The position numbers and the translations under genes were made by a program. This document shows positions 30,878 to 41,175 of a DNA stretch of 64,000 bases, one piece after another. The stretch is from Gemmatimonadales bacterium. Lineage in GTDB: Bacteria; Gemmatimonadota; Gemmatimonadetes; Gemmatimonadales; GWC2-71-9. The stretch covers positions 88,412-152,411 of the forward strand of contig JBBCJC010000005.1 in the NCBI GenBank assembly GCA_037189525.1, written 5' to 3'. How positions within the stretch are numbered: position 1 is the stretch's first letter; the number at the start of each line of letters is the position of its first letter. Below the pieces are notes generated by a model that worked only from the letters and a program-made list of their open reading frames with translations, was not told where the DNA came from and made no database searches.

Positions 30878-33475
30878 TCAGCGGCGCTCGATCGTCAACT
30901 CGCTCCCGCTCCGGTCGACCAGAACGGTATCACCCTCCTCGTAGCTTCCCGCCAGCAGAGCCGATGCGATCGGATTCTGCAGCATGCGCTGGATCGCGCG
31001 CTTGAGCGGGCGCGCACCATAGACCGGATCGTAGCCCCGCTCGGCCAGCAGCGAACGAGCCTCCGGCGTGACCTCCAGTACCAGGTTCTTGGCGCGCACC
31101 AGTGCCGCCAGCCGCTCGACCTGCAGGTCGACGATGCGGGCAATGTCCCGCTCCGACAGCGGATGGAAGACGACGATGTCGTCGACCCGGTTGAGGAACT
31201 CCGGCCGGAAATGGCTCCTGAGTTCGGTGCGGACCCGGTCTTCGACCGCCGACCACTGCTCCGTCCCGACCACCGCCGCGGCATCGACGATCAGATGGCT
31301 CCCGATGTTGGAGGTCATGATCACCACGGTGTTCCGGAAGTCGACCTGTCGCCCCTGGCTGTCGGTCAGACGGCCGTCATCGAGCAACTGCAGGAGGACG
31401 TTGAACACGTCCGGATGCGCCTTCTCGATTTCGTCGAACAGAACCACGCTGTACGGGCGCCGGCGGACGGCTTCAGTGAGCTGGCCGCCCTCTTCGTACC
31501 CGACGTATCCCGGCGGCGCGCCGATCATCCGGGCCACCGAGTGCTTCTCCATATACTCCGACATGTCGAGCCGGACCATCGCCCGCTCGTCGTCGAAGAG
31601 GAACTCGGCCAGGGCTCGCGCCGTTTCCGTTTTACCGACACCGGTCGGGCCCAGGAAGATGAACGAGCCGGTCGGCCGATGCGGGTCCTGCAACCCGGCC
31701 CGGCTCCGTCGCACCGCGTTGGCCACCGCAGCAAGCGCTTCGGCCTGGCCCACCACCCGGTGGCCAAGTTCGGCCTCGAGCTTCGAGAGCCGCTCCCGTT
31801 CGGATTCGAGCATCCGGGTTACCGGAATCCCGGTCCACCGCGCGACGATCTCGGCGATGTCCTCGTAATCGACCTCTTCCTTGAGGTACTTGGCGTTGGC
31901 CTGGATCGACGCCAGTCGCTCCTCTTCCCGCGCAATCTCCTGCTCCAGCGCCGGAATTCGTCCATAGCGAAGCTCGGCCGCCTTCTGCAGATCGCCGCGA
32001 CGGGTGACCTGATCGACCTCGGTCTTGAGCTGCTCCGCCTCCGCCTTCTTGCTCTGCAAGAGGTGGATCGCCGCCTTCTCGGCCTGCCACTGCGCCTTCA
32101 TCCCCGCCGACGTCTCCTTGAGCTCGGCAATTTCCCGCTCGACGGCCTCACGGCGCTCGACACCGGCCTTGTCCTTTTCCTTGAGCAGAGCCTGGCGCTG
32201 GATCTCGAGCTGCAGCACTCGACGCTCGACCTCGTCGATTTCGAGCGGCATGCTGTCGATTTCGATCCGCAGCTTGCTGGCCGCTTCGTCGACCAGGTCG
32301 ATGGCTTTGTCCGGCAGGAAACGATCGCCGATGTAGCGATCGCTCAAGGTCGCCGCCGCCACCAGCGCGTTGTCGGTAATCCGCACGCCGTGATGGACTT
32401 CGTACTTCTCCTTGAGCCCCCGCAAAATCGCGATGGTGTCCTCGACACTCGGCGCCCCGACCACCACCGGCTGGAAGCGCCGTTCGAGCGCCGCATCCTT
32501 TTCGACATGCTTGCGGTACTCGTCCAGCGTGGTCGCACCCACGACATGGAGTTCGCCCCGCGCCAGGGCGGGCTTGAGCATGTTGCTCGCGTCGACCGCG
32601 CCCTCGGCGGCGCCAGCCCCCACCAGGGTATGCAGCTCGTCGATAAAGACGATGAAGCGCCCCTCCGCTTCGGTCAGTTCCTTGACGACCGACTTGAGGC
32701 GCTCCTCGAACTCGCCACGGTACTTGGCGCCGGCCAGCAGCTGGCCGATGTCGAGTGCGACGATCTCCTTGTCCCGGAGGCTCTCCGGTACGTCACCCTC
32801 CACGATCCGCTGCGCCAGCCCCTCGACGATGGCCGTTTTACCCACGCCCGGCTCACCGATCAAAACCGGATTGTTCTTGGTGCGACGAGAGAGAACCTGC
32901 ATGACCCGGCGGACCTCTTCGTCCCGGCCGATGACCGGATCGAGTTTTCCGGCGCGGGCCTGATCGGTCAGGTTCCGGGTAAAGCGCTCCAGCGCCTGGT
33001 ATTTGTCTTCGGGCGACTGATCGGTCACCCGATGGCTGCCGCGGACCCCGGCCAGGGCATCCCGCAGATCGTCGGCGCTGACGCCGAGCCCGGTGATGAT
33101 CATCCGGGCGGCGGAGCCTTTTTCGTCGACCAGGGCGAGCAGAAGGTGCTCGGTGGAGACGTAATTGTCGCCCAGTTCCTTGGCGTCCTTTTCGGCCCGA
33201 TCGAACACCGCATGGAGTTCCCGGCTCAGGGTCGGCTCGACCCCGCCGGACTGGGTCGGCAGCTTGGCGAGCTCCCGTTCCGCCGCGTCGACCAGCGCCG
33301 TCACATTGAGTCCAGCCTTCTGCAGCAACGGGCGGACGACCCCTTCTTCCTGCTCCAGTAGAGCAGCGAAGAGATGGGCGTCATTGGCGACGGGATTGCC
33401 GCGGCTCTTCGCAAGCTCGATGGCATCGCGAAAGGCTTCCTGCCCCTTGATCGTCAAACGTTCCGGTCGAATCAT
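30878..33475 (-). CDS. clpB: ATP-dependent chaperone ClpB
   Basis: 865 aa. Clp N-domain, two AAA+ modules ([32 protein letters not shown]) and a long middle coiled coil. Confidence 0.98.
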   Translation of the reverse strand: MIRPERLTIKGQEAFRDAIELAKSRGNPVANDAHLFAALLEQEEGVVRPLLQKAGLNVTALVDAAERELAKLPTQSGGVEPTLSRELHAVFDRAEKDAKELGDNYVSTEHLLLALVDEKGSAARMIITGLGVSADDLRDALAGVRGSHRVTDQSPEDKYQALERFTRNLTDQARAGKLDPVIGRDEEVRRVMQVLSRRTKNNPVLIGEPGVGKTAIVEGLAQRIVEGDVPESLRDKEIVALDIGQLLAGAKYRGEFEERLKSVVKELTEAEGRFIVFIDELHTLVGAGAAEGAVDASNMLKPALARGELHVVGATTLDEYRKHVEKDAALERRFQPVVVGAPSVEDTIAILRGLKEKYEVHHGVRITDNALVAAATLSDRYIGDRFLPDKAIDLVDEAASKLRIEIDSMPLEIDEVERRVLQLEIQRQALLKEKDKAGVERREAVEREIAELKETSAGMKAQWQAEKAAIHLLQSKKAEAEQLKTEVDQVTRRGDLQKAAELRYGRIPALEQEIAREEERLASIQANAKYLKEEVDYEDIAEIVARWTGIPVTRMLESERERLSKLEAELGHRVVGQAEALAAVANAVRRSRAGLQDPHRPTGSFIFLGPTGVGKTETARALAEFLFDDERAMVRLDMSEYMEKHSVARMIGAPPGYVGYEEGGQLTEAVRRRPYSVVLFDEIEKAHPDVFNVLLQLLDDGRLTDSQGRQVDFRNTVVIMTSNIGSHLIVDAAAVVGTEQWSAVEDRVRTELRSHFRPEFLNRVDDIVVFHPLSERDIARIVDLQVERLAALVRAKNLVLEVTPEARSLLAERGYDPVYGARPLKRAIQRMLQNPIASALLAGSYEEGDTVLVDRSGSELTIERR

Positions 33476-33677
33476 CGATTCCTCGAGTCAGTCATTCGTG
33501 CCGCGACGGCTTCGCCTGCCAGCTCGTCTTTCATTTTAGGTAACATTTCCACGTCAGACGAAGAGGCAACCGCCGTACCTTGGAAATCGGCCTGTATGGC
33601 ACAACACCAACGACATGAATGACAATAGCTTACCTCGTGTTACCTAAGACCCTATCTTGGCTGCGCCGAAATGGCAG

Positions 33678-34448
33678 CTACTTCGCCGGATGAACCCAAC
33701 TCGGCTCGGACCAGAAGCCCAATGCCGGCAGCGCGGCCCCGTCTCCCAGGTGGTACCGGACGTAGCGATCGAGCAGCCGACGGTGCGCCGCCAGGTAGCG
33801 GCCGTCCAGCGCGGGCAGGTCGCCCCGCCCCTCGATCAGCGCCTCCAGGTCCCGCAGATCGTCCGGGCTCAATCGGCTGGTCTCGACCGTACGCGCGCAG
33901 GTTGGGCAGAGCACCCCGCCGTGGGCCGGGGAGAACGCGACAGCCCCCTGCTCCCGCCGAACCGGCATCCCGTCGCGAGCGCAGACGCCCAGCGTCGGAG
34001 CAAAGCCGAGATGCGCCACGAGGCCCCAGATCGAGCGGAGCCCCACGACGGCGACCACCTCCGCCGGGATCCCCTCCAGCACGTCGAGGGCATGACGAAA
34101 GAAGTCGTAGGTCGCGGCGTGCCGGTCGCTGGGGGCAAACCGGAGCATCAACTCGCCCAGGACCGTGGCCACGGCGTAGCGCTCGATGTTGGTCGCCAGC
34201 GCTTCGGGAACGCGGCCGACGTCGAACGCGCTCAGGGTGTGGAGATCGGAATGGCGGGCCAGGTGGATCGTCGCGGTTCCGTCGCTCAAGATCTGGAGCG
34301 AGGCACCGAAGGCACTGCGGGGTCGCCGGGCGCCCTTGGCAATGACGCTGACGACGCCGAGTTCCCGGGTCGCCAGCCGGGCAATCTTCGAGCTTTCACC
34401 GTACGGGATGGTGGACAGAATGGTGGCCGGTGTTTCGATCGGGGCCAT
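33678..34448 (-). CDS. recO: DNA repair protein RecO
   Basis: 256 aa. N-terminal OB-fold pattern (ATILSTIPYGESSKIARLATRELGVVSVIAKGARR) and a C-terminal Cys cluster (CARDG...LCPTC). Confidence 0.9.
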   Translation of the reverse strand: MAPIETPATILSTIPYGESSKIARLATRELGVVSVIAKGARRPRSAFGASLQILSDGTATIHLARHSDLHTLSAFDVGRVPEALATNIERYAVATVLGELMLRFAPSDRHAATYDFFRHALDVLEGIPAEVVAVVGLRSIWGLVAHLGFAPTLGVCARDGMPVRREQGAVAFSPAHGGVLCPTCARTVETSRLSPDDLRDLEALIEGRGDLPALDGRYLAAHRRLLDRYVRYHLGDGAALPALGFWSEPSWVHPAK

Positions 34449-34479
34449 GGAACCCGTTACCTCGGCCGACCAGGCCGGA

Positions 34480-35568
34480 TCACTGGGCCGTCAGCCCGAC
34501 TTGCCCGCCCAGTCCCGGCAACTGAACCAGCGTCACGGCCACCGGGCAGACGCCAACCGCGAGGTCCCGCGCCTGCGTCAGGTCCGGCCGGAAGACCCGG
34601 AGACGGCCGGCCTGGCCGGTTTCGCATCCAGTGGCCTCGATTGCGTAGATCCGGCCGGCGGGGTCAACCGCTGCCGCAACGTTACTCAGGACGAAGATCC
34701 CCTCGCCGGCGCCGCGGACCACCCGACGGGTCCGGGTGTTGAACTCCATCAGCCCGTCGCGAATCGAGGTCACGAACAGGCGCTCGGCGCCGTCGGAGGC
34801 CACCCCCCAAGGCACGAAGCCAAAGCCGGCAAAGCTGCCGACCTCCTGCCGCTGGATCGGATCGACGATGCTGAGCCGGCCGGAGACCTCGCTGGTCGTG
34901 TCGCCGGTGCTGACGATGTAGATGAGCCCGTCCCCGCCGAGCGTGGCAGACCGGGCGTTGCCGGGACTGGGCAGCGGAATCGAGTCGCGGCCGACGGCCC
35001 GCGCGTTGGTCTGCGGATCGACCACCGTGATCCAGCTCTCACCGAGCGAGCAGGTCCCTTCCGGACAGGGTTCCACGTTGGCATTGATCACGAACAGACG
35101 GCCGCGCGTCACGACCAGATCGCGCGGGTACTGGCCCACCTCCACGCTCGCGGTGTCGCCCGTGGTGAGGTTGAGCCGAGTAACGGTATTGGTCCCGGCA
35201 TTCGCGACGTAGGCGACCTCTTCGCTGAGCAACACCACGGCGGACGGCTTGGATCCGGCCGGAAACGTGTACCAGTCCCGGACGTCTTCCATCCGAAGGT
35301 CAAAGACAGCGACGGAGTCGGTGGTGAGGCTCGACACGATGGCGACCCTGCCAACCGCGGAGACATCGGACGCCCCGCCCCGGAGGCCGGGCGCCAGGAT
35401 CTTGCGCGACGGCCGCCCAACCTCGGTCGGAATGAGCGAGAGGGTATTTTCGCCGGCATTGACGACGAGAAGTCGTTCTTCGGGCGGCGGCAGCGGTTCC
35501 GTGGTCGCGGCGCAACCCGCCAGACCACCGACCAACAGGAGCGGAAGGAAACGATCGACGACAGCCAT
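34480..35568 (-). CDS. Beta-propeller repeat lipoprotein (YncE/YVTN-like)
   Basis: 362 aa. Lipobox LVGGLAGC. Repeated blade pattern: LLVVNAGENTLSLI, VAIVSSLTTDSVAVFDL, AYVANAGTNTVTRLNL, LFVINAN, IYIVSTGD, LFVTSIRDGLMEF, IYAIEATG. Confidence 0.75.
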   Translation of the reverse strand: MAVVDRFLPLLLVGGLAGCAATTEPLPPPEERLLVVNAGENTLSLIPTEVGRPSRKILAPGLRGGASDVSAVGRVAIVSSLTTDSVAVFDLRMEDVRDWYTFPAGSKPSAVVLLSEEVAYVANAGTNTVTRLNLTTGDTASVEVGQYPRDLVVTRGRLFVINANVEPCPEGTCSLGESWITVVDPQTNARAVGRDSIPLPSPGNARSATLGGDGLIYIVSTGDTTSEVSGRLSIVDPIQRQEVGSFAGFGFVPWGVASDGAERLFVTSIRDGLMEFNTRTRRVVRGAGEGIFVLSNVAAAVDPAGRIYAIEATGCETGQAGRLRVFRPDLTQARDLAVGVCPVAVTLVQLPGLGGQVGLTAQ

Positions 35569-35616
35569 CTCAGGAACGATACCGGGACCGACCGGTTCCG
35601 GGCAAATGGAGCCCGG

Positions 35617-36399
35617 TCAGGCTCCGCTCGGCTGACGTCTCGGCACGATCTGCGGCACCCCATCCTCCAGGCGAATCCGCACCGGCCAGGCAAAGACGCG
35701 CTCGATCAGCTCGGGCTCCAGAACCTCGGTCGGGGGGCCGCTCGCGACGGTCCGGCCCTCGTGCATCAGCACCATGGTGTCGGCAAAGCGCGCGGCCAGG
35801 TTGAGATGATGGGTCACCACGAGGCTGGCCATCCCGCCGTCGGTCAGCCGGCGCACCAGTTCGAAGATCTCCATCTCGTGGCCCAGGTCGAGCGACGCCG
35901 TGGGTTCATCCAGCAGCAGGATCGCGGGCTCCTGCGCCAGCGCCCGCGCAATCCGAACCCGCTGCCATTCGCCGCCCGACAGGGTATCGATCCGGCGACC
36001 GATCAGATGGCTCACGTCGGCCCGCGCCAACCCCGCGGCAATGGCAGCCCGGTCGCCGGGGCCAAGCGGTTCGAGCGCACCAAGCCAGGCATAGCGGCCG
36101 AACCCGACCAGTTCTTCGACCCGCCAGGAAAACGGATAGTCCTCCCGCTGCGCCACGGCGGCAATGCGCCGGGCCCGATCCCGGGCGGTCCAGCTGTCGA
36201 TCGAGCGTCCCTCGAGTTCGACCCGGCCGGCGTTCGGCGCTACCGCCCCGATCAGCGTCCGCAGCAAGCTGGTCTTGCCGCTGCCGTTGGGACCGACCAC
36301 GGCAACCAGCCGCCCGGGCTCGACCGTCAGGCTAACGTCGTCGACCGCCGGACGGCCGACGCCCGGATAGCGAAGGGTCACGCCATGCGCGGCAAGCAT
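35617..36399 (-). CDS. ABC transporter ATP-binding protein (iron-siderophore/heme/cobalamin importer type)
   Basis: ORF 35617..36582 trimmed to ATG 36399, which overlaps the permease stop by 1 nt (TGATG). Walker A GPNGSGKTSLL, signature LSGGEWQRVRIARAL, Walker B ILLLDEPTASLD. Confidence 0.92.
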   Translation of the reverse strand: MLAAHGVTLRYPGVGRPAVDDVSLTVEPGRLVAVVGPNGSGKTSLLRTLIGAVAPNAGRVELEGRSIDSWTARDRARRIAAVAQREDYPFSWRVEELVGFGRYAWLGALEPLGPGDRAAIAAGLARADVSHLIGRRIDTLSGGEWQRVRIARALAQEPAILLLDEPTASLDLGHEMEIFELVRRLTDGGMASLVVTHHLNLAARFADTMVLMHEGRTVASGPPTEVLEPELIERVFAWPVRIRLEDGVPQIVPRRQPSGA

Positions 36400-37364
36400 C
36401 AGGCCAGCGACCGCCGCACCAGCGCGGCAAAGAGCGGCACGCCGATCAACGCGGTGATCGCGCCGATCGGCAGTTCCGCGGGCCGAAGGACGGTGCGCGC
36501 GACCGCGTCCGCCAGAATCAGCAGCCCGCCACTGGCCACGAACACGGCGGGCAGCAGCGCCGCGTGCCGAGGACCGACCCAACCGCGCATGGCATGCGGA
36601 GCGAGCAGGCCGACGAACCCGATCATCCCGCTGACCGCGACGCTGGCGGCGGTGAGCAACGCGGTGGCCAGAAAGACGAGCCGTTTGGTCCGCTCGGTCC
36701 GGAGCCCCAGCGCATGGGCCGGTTCATCGCCCAGGGAAAGGAGGTCGAGCGAGCGGGACGCGCCGAAGAGATAGAGGAGCGGCAGCACGGCGTAGAGGAC
36801 GAACGCGGTCACGGCCGGCCAGCTCGCCGCCGCGAAGCCGCCCAGCAGCCAGAGAAACGCGTTGCGAAGCTGGGCCGCCTCCGACAAGGCCAGGAGCGCC
36901 GAGGTGAGGGCTCCGCAGAGCGCGGCAACCACCACGCCCACCAGCACCAAAACCCGAGGTTCGAGCCGGGTTCCCTGCACCACCGCCACGCTGTAGACGG
37001 CCGCGGATGCCGCCAGGGCGCCGACGAATGCCGCAGTCGGCACCGCAAAGAGCCCAGCAAAGCCGAGCGCAATTGCCGCAACCGCTCCCAGCCCTGCGCC
37101 GCCCGAAATGCCCAGCAGATATGGCTCTGCCAGCGGGTTCCGCACCAGCGCCTGGAGCGCAGCGCCGGACACGCCGAGCGCGCCACCGACGGCAAAGGCC
37201 AGGAGGATCCGCGGCAAGCGAAGCTGCCAGACGATGGCCCCGGCCGGTCCGTCGGGGTGCAGCACCCCGTCGATGACTTGCGGGATCGGCATGGCCACCG
37301 CGCCAATGGCCAGCGCCAGCAGAATTGCCGCCACGGTCGCGAGACCCAACAGCAGCAGTTTCAT
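36399..37364 (-). CDS. FecCD/BtuC family ABC importer permease
   Basis: ORF 36399..37493 trimmed to ATG 37364 (ATGA overlap with the binding-protein stop). MKLLLLGLATVAAILLALAIGAV..., with the LRLPRILLAFAVGGALGVSGAALQALVRNPLAEPYLLGISGGA signature of the FecCD family. Confidence 0.92.
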   Translation of the reverse strand: MKLLLLGLATVAAILLALAIGAVAMPIPQVIDGVLHPDGPAGAIVWQLRLPRILLAFAVGGALGVSGAALQALVRNPLAEPYLLGISGGAGLGAVAAIALGFAGLFAVPTAAFVGALAASAAVYSVAVVQGTRLEPRVLVLVGVVVAALCGALTSALLALSEAAQLRNAFLWLLGGFAAASWPAVTAFVLYAVLPLLYLFGASRSLDLLSLGDEPAHALGLRTERTKRLVFLATALLTAASVAVSGMIGFVGLLAPHAMRGWVGPRHAALLPAVFVASGGLLILADAVARTVLRPAELPIGAITALIGVPLFAALVRRSLA

Positions 37365-38272
37365 CGTCCGGCGGTTTCGAGGACGCTGCGCAACTGGCGG
37401 ACGGCCTCGCCGATCCGCGGGCTCGGCCGGTTGAACATCGACCCGGACACCCGGAGCAGACGCCGTTCCCGAACGGCCGGCACGACCTGCCACTCCGGCT
37501 TGGCGAGGAAGGCCGGTTCGCTGTCGCCGACGACCAGGATCCAGTCCGGATCGCGATCGACCACCGATTCGATCGAGACGACGAACGACGGGCGCTCGCT
37601 GTCGGCATACAGGTTGACCGCACCGGCTCGACGGAGAATCTCGTTGAGGTAGCTTCCCGCGCCGATCACGATGGGCGGGTCGCTCCAGGTGACGATCAGC
37701 ACCGTGGGTGGCGTGGCGCTCGATACGGTGGCGGCGTCGAGGTCGGCCCGCGTCTCTGCAACCAGACTGTCACCGGTGGCGGGACGGCCGAGTGCCGCGG
37801 CAAGGAGCCGGGTATCGCGTTCGAAGTCGCTCAGCTGATCGATGCCGATTTCCAGGACCGGAATGCCGAGCCCGCGCAGCTTGGTGATGGCCGAGACATT
37901 GCCCGGCGAGCGATACGCGACCACCAGATCGGGCCGCTGGCCGACTACGGCTTCGACGTTAGGCATCACGCCATCGCCGACCGACGGGACCTCGAGCGCT
38001 TCGGCCGGATAGTCACACCAGCGGGTTCGGCCGACCAGAGTGGTGCCGGCGCCGAGCGCATAGATCAATTCGGTGGCAGCGGGAATCAGCGAGACGACGC
38101 GCGTGGCCGGTGCGGCCAGGGTTGTGGTGTGGCCGCCGTCATCGGTAAAGGTGATGGCGGGAACCGGGTCGCTGCTGCGAGCACAACCGGCCAGCCACGC
38201 AGCCAGGAGCGCGGCGGCCAGGCGGCGGACGATCCGATCAGGTCCGCCGAGGACGGGTCGCGAGGGCCGCAC
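37361..38272 (-). CDS. Periplasmic substrate-binding lipoprotein (BtuF/FhuD-like, Peripla_BP_2)
   Basis: ORF 37361..38413. There is no ATG near the signal peptide, so the start is placed at in-frame GTG 38272, giving ...RIVRRLAAALLAAWLAGC (lipobox). Mature part RVVSLIPAATELIYALGAGTTLVGRTRWCDYP...PNVEAVVGQRPDLVV is typical of BtuF-like proteins. Start uncertain. Confidence 0.8.
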   Translation of the reverse strand: MRPSRPVLGGPDRIVRRLAAALLAAWLAGCARSSDPVPAITFTDDGGHTTTLAAPATRVVSLIPAATELIYALGAGTTLVGRTRWCDYPAEALEVPSVGDGVMPNVEAVVGQRPDLVVAYRSPGNVSAITKLRGLGIPVLEIGIDQLSDFERDTRLLAAALGRPATGDSLVAETRADLDAATVSSATPPTVLIVTWSDPPIVIGAGSYLNEILRRAGAVNLYADSERPSFVVSIESVVDRDPDWILVVGDSEPAFLAKPEWQVVPAVRERRLLRVSGSMFNRPSPRIGEAVRQLRSVLETAGR

Positions 38273-39353
38273 GAAGCTGTTCCGCGAGGACGGAGCGGTC
38301 GCGTTCGAGCTGCGCGCGCAACTCGGGCTGTGTGTCCGTTTGTTCCAGAGTCCGGTCGAGCCCGGCAATCCGATCGGCCAGCTCCACGGACGACGGCATC
38401 GGAAGCTGCGCATTGGGACGCCGGCGCTTCAGCACGACCCAGCTGAGCAGCAGGAGTCCGAGTGCGGTCACCGCCACCGCGACGGGCAACACCCCTGCCC
38501 CGAGCGAGGTCCGGGGAAACACCAGCACCAGGCCGGTTTCATTTCCCGCTGCCGCAAAGCGACGGAACGAACGCCCTTCGAACATCTGCGGCGGGCCCTG
38601 CACCCAGCGCCCTCCTTCGACCCGAACCGCCGCTTCCTCGATGAAGACGTCGACCGAATCGACCCCGAGCGTGGCCAGTTCCAGACGGCGCTGCTCAGCC
38701 GGCACCTCGTACTGGATCAGCAGTTCCTTCTCACCCGGCGACAACGGCGCAAAGACCAGGACGCTGTCGTCGCGAAACTCGATCGCATCGGGCGAAAGTT
38801 GCGAGAGCGCCCCGCCCCCCACCTGCGGATTGCGAACGTCCGAGGGCAGCGCCGCCGCCCAGGTCGGCGTCAGCGAATCGGTCCCGACCCGTGTCGCGAC
38901 GCCGCGGTTGTCGAGCACCAGCCAGTCGACCACGGTGCGCGCCCCGATCGCGTCGGGGGCGCCCACCACGAGCGTTCGGCTCCGCGCCGAAATGACGGCC
39001 GTCGATGCGGTGTCGAAGACGAAGAGCCGAACCATCGTGTCCGGGCGCGCCGGATTGGTTGCCAACGGTGTGGAGAAGTACTCGATCCCGGCATACCGGA
39101 CGCTGACCAGATAGTTGGCCGTGGTATCGGCCGGGAACCGAAAGGCAAAGCGGCCCCGCGGATCGGTGAGGACCGTATCGATCGGCCCCTGCGTGGCGCG
39201 ACCGACCTGATGCAGCACCACGCGCACTCCGCCAACCGCCGTCGTATCCGTCAGCTGCGGACGAACGACCGACCCCTCGGCGCGGGTTGGCCGCTGCGCC
39301 TCGAGCGGCAGCGCGGCCAGCGCCAGGAGCGCCAGCGACCAGCGGGCCGTCAT
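38238..39353 (-). CDS. Hypothetical single-pass membrane protein with CarboxypepD_reg-like periplasmic domain and cytoplasmic coiled-coil tail
   Basis: 371 aa. Signal peptide MTARWSLALLALAALPLEAQ. The stretch GGVRVVLHQVG...TDPRGRFAFRFPADTTANYLVSVRYAGIEY resembles a CarboxypepD_reg-like domain. TM helix VLPVAVAVTALGLLLLSWVVL followed by KRRR. ATGA overlap with the upstream gene. Confidence 0.7.
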   Translation of the reverse strand: MTARWSLALLALAALPLEAQRPTRAEGSVVRPQLTDTTAVGGVRVVLHQVGRATQGPIDTVLTDPRGRFAFRFPADTTANYLVSVRYAGIEYFSTPLATNPARPDTMVRLFVFDTASTAVISARSRTLVVGAPDAIGARTVVDWLVLDNRGVATRVGTDSLTPTWAAALPSDVRNPQVGGGALSQLSPDAIEFRDDSVLVFAPLSPGEKELLIQYEVPAEQRRLELATLGVDSVDVFIEEAAVRVEGGRWVQGPPQMFEGRSFRRFAAAGNETGLVLVFPRTSLGAGVLPVAVAVTALGLLLLSWVVLKRRRPNAQLPMPSSVELADRIAGLDRTLEQTDTQPELRAQLERDRSVLAEQLRAALATRPRRT

Positions 39354-39847
39354 GGCTGGAACCGTCCCAGATCCTCGGGGTCGAGCTTGGACAGGAACCG
39401 TTTGAGCGCTTGGGCGCCGGCAGTCGGGTCATCGGCGGCCGGCCCGGCGGGGTCCGATTGGCCGTCGTCGTGCAGCAGATCCTCGCTGACGAAAATCGGC
39501 GCATCGAAACGGAGGGCCAGCGCAATGCTGTCCGAGGGGCGAGCATCGACCACGAACATCTGATCGCCGCGCGCCACCAGCAACTCGGCGTAGTAGGTAT
39601 TGTCACGAAGCGCCGTGACGGAAACCCGGCGCAATTCGCCGCCCAGCCCCAGCAGCATCTGTTTGAGAAGATCGTGTGTCATTGGGCGGGAAGGATGGTC
39701 GCCCCGGAGCTCCGCCGCGATGGCATTGGCTTCCGAGGCGCCGATCCAGATTTGGAGACTGCGGCTGCCCCCGACCTCATGCAGCACCACCACCGGGGTG
39801 TTGGTGCTGCGCTCGACGCCGAGATGGGCCACCGTCATCCGAACCAT
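39350..39847 (-). CDS. Bifunctional nuclease (BFN/DUF151) family protein
   Basis: 165 aa. PVVVLHEVGGSRSLQIWIGASEANAIAAEL...RPMTHDLL...YYAELLV...VDARPSDSIALALR matches the DUF151 signature order. Confidence 0.85.
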   Translation of the reverse strand: MVRMTVAHLGVERSTNTPVVVLHEVGGSRSLQIWIGASEANAIAAELRGDHPSRPMTHDLLKQMLLGLGGELRRVSVTALRDNTYYAELLVARGDQMFVVDARPSDSIALALRFDAPIFVSEDLLHDDGQSDPAGPAADDPTAGAQALKRFLSKLDPEDLGRFQP

Positions 39848-39861
39848 GCCGGAAGGGTGGC

Positions 39862-41088
39862 CTACCTCTTGGCAACGGTCAAGAGATCCCGGACTTTGTT
39901 GGTCTCTTCCCAGGGGAACAGCGTGACCTGCTTGCCGCCAACTTTTGCCGATACCGATTTCCGGCCGAAGTGGCCGTACGCCGCCGTGGGCCGGTAAATC
40001 GGCCGCCGGAGCTTGAGCGCCGTCGTGATGCCGGCAGGGGTCAGATCGAAGACCTCGCTGACGATCCGCTCGAGCTTGGTATCGGGCAGCTCACCGGTGC
40101 CGAAGGTGTTGACCATGACCGACACCGGCTGCGCGACACCGATGGCGTAGGCCACCTGCACTTCGCAACGCGCGGCCAGCTTGGCTTCGACGATGTTCTT
40201 GGCGACCCAACGCACCGCGTAGGCTGCGGACCGGTCGACCTTGGATGGGTCCTTACCGCTGAAGGCGCCGCCGCCGTGCCGGGCCATGCCGCCGTAGGTA
40301 TCGACGATGATCTTCCGGCCCGTCAATCCCGCGTCGCCGTGCGGTCCGCCGATCACGAAACGGCCGGTCGGATTGATCAGGAACTTGATCCCGCGCGACT
40401 CGAAGCCCGCCTTCTCGAGCACCGGACGAATCACTTCGCTGATCACGGTGTCGCGAATGGTGCCGTACGAGAGCTGGCGATTACCGAATCGCTCGGCGTG
40501 CTGGGTCGAAACCACCACCGTCTTGACCGCGACCGGGCGATCGCCCTCGTACTCGACCGAGACCTGGCTCTTGCCGTCGGGACGGAGCCAGTCAACCTGA
40601 TCCAGACCGTGAAGGCCCTTGCGCACCGCGGCGAGCCGCTCGGCAATCCGGTGCGAGAGGATGATCGGCAGCGGCATCCGCTCGCGGGTTTCGCGAGTGG
40701 CATAGCCGAACATCATGCCCTGGTCGCCCGCGCCCTGCTCGCGGTCTTTCTTGACGTCGACACCCATCGCAATGTCGGGCGACTGGCGATCGATCGACGA
40801 CAAGACGGCGCAGGTGCGGCTGTCGAAGCCGAACGACGCATCGGTATACCCGATCGACGCGATGGTGTCGCGAACGATGTCGGGGATATGCACGTAGGTC
40901 TTGGTCGAAATCTCACCGGCGACGACTGCCATACCCGTCGTGACCAGCGTCTCACACGCCACCCGCGCGTTCGGATCATCGGCAATGATCGCATCGAGAA
41001 CGGCGTCAGAAATCTGATCGGCCACTTTGTCGGGATGGCCTTCGGTGACAGACTCGGAGGTGAAGACGTGGCGCGGAGCGCGAGCCAT
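39862..41088 (-). CDS. metK: S-adenosylmethionine synthetase
   Basis: ORF 39862..41127 trimmed to ATG 41088. [33 protein letters not shown] is collinear with E. coli MetK. ATG 41094 is an alternative start. [10 protein letters not shown] and [19 protein letters not shown] motifs are present. Confidence 0.96.
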   Translation of the reverse strand: MARAPRHVFTSESVTEGHPDKVADQISDAVLDAIIADDPNARVACETLVTTGMAVVAGEISTKTYVHIPDIVRDTIASIGYTDASFGFDSRTCAVLSSIDRQSPDIAMGVDVKKDREQGAGDQGMMFGYATRETRERMPLPIILSHRIAERLAAVRKGLHGLDQVDWLRPDGKSQVSVEYEGDRPVAVKTVVVSTQHAERFGNRQLSYGTIRDTVISEVIRPVLEKAGFESRGIKFLINPTGRFVIGGPHGDAGLTGRKIIVDTYGGMARHGGGAFSGKDPSKVDRSAAYAVRWVAKNIVEAKLAARCEVQVAYAIGVAQPVSVMVNTFGTGELPDTKLERIVSEVFDLTPAGITTALKLRRPIYRPTAAYGHFGRKSVSAKVGGKQVTLFPWEETNKVRDLLTVAKR

Positions 41089-41175
41089 GGGCATCGATCC
41101 GGGAAGAGGTGACGGAAAAAAGGGCACGAAACTCGGGCGGAAACCTAGTCGGCTCGGGACCCTGCGGCAACCGAA

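Noticed and set aside
33476-33677. Canonical heat-shock operators (CIRCE, HAIR) or a sigma-32 type promoter (CTTGAAA...CCCCATNT) upstream of clpB.
   Set aside because: None of these consensus sequences is present on either strand. Only the unassigned inverted repeat reported in the findings is seen.
41089-41175. Possible SAM riboswitch or intrinsic terminator between ptsI and metK. The minus strand has a run of six T (complement of aaaaaa at 41116-41121).
   Set aside because: The gap is under 90 nt, too short for a SAM-I element. I could not find a convincing GC stem immediately preceding the T-run, so no feature is called.
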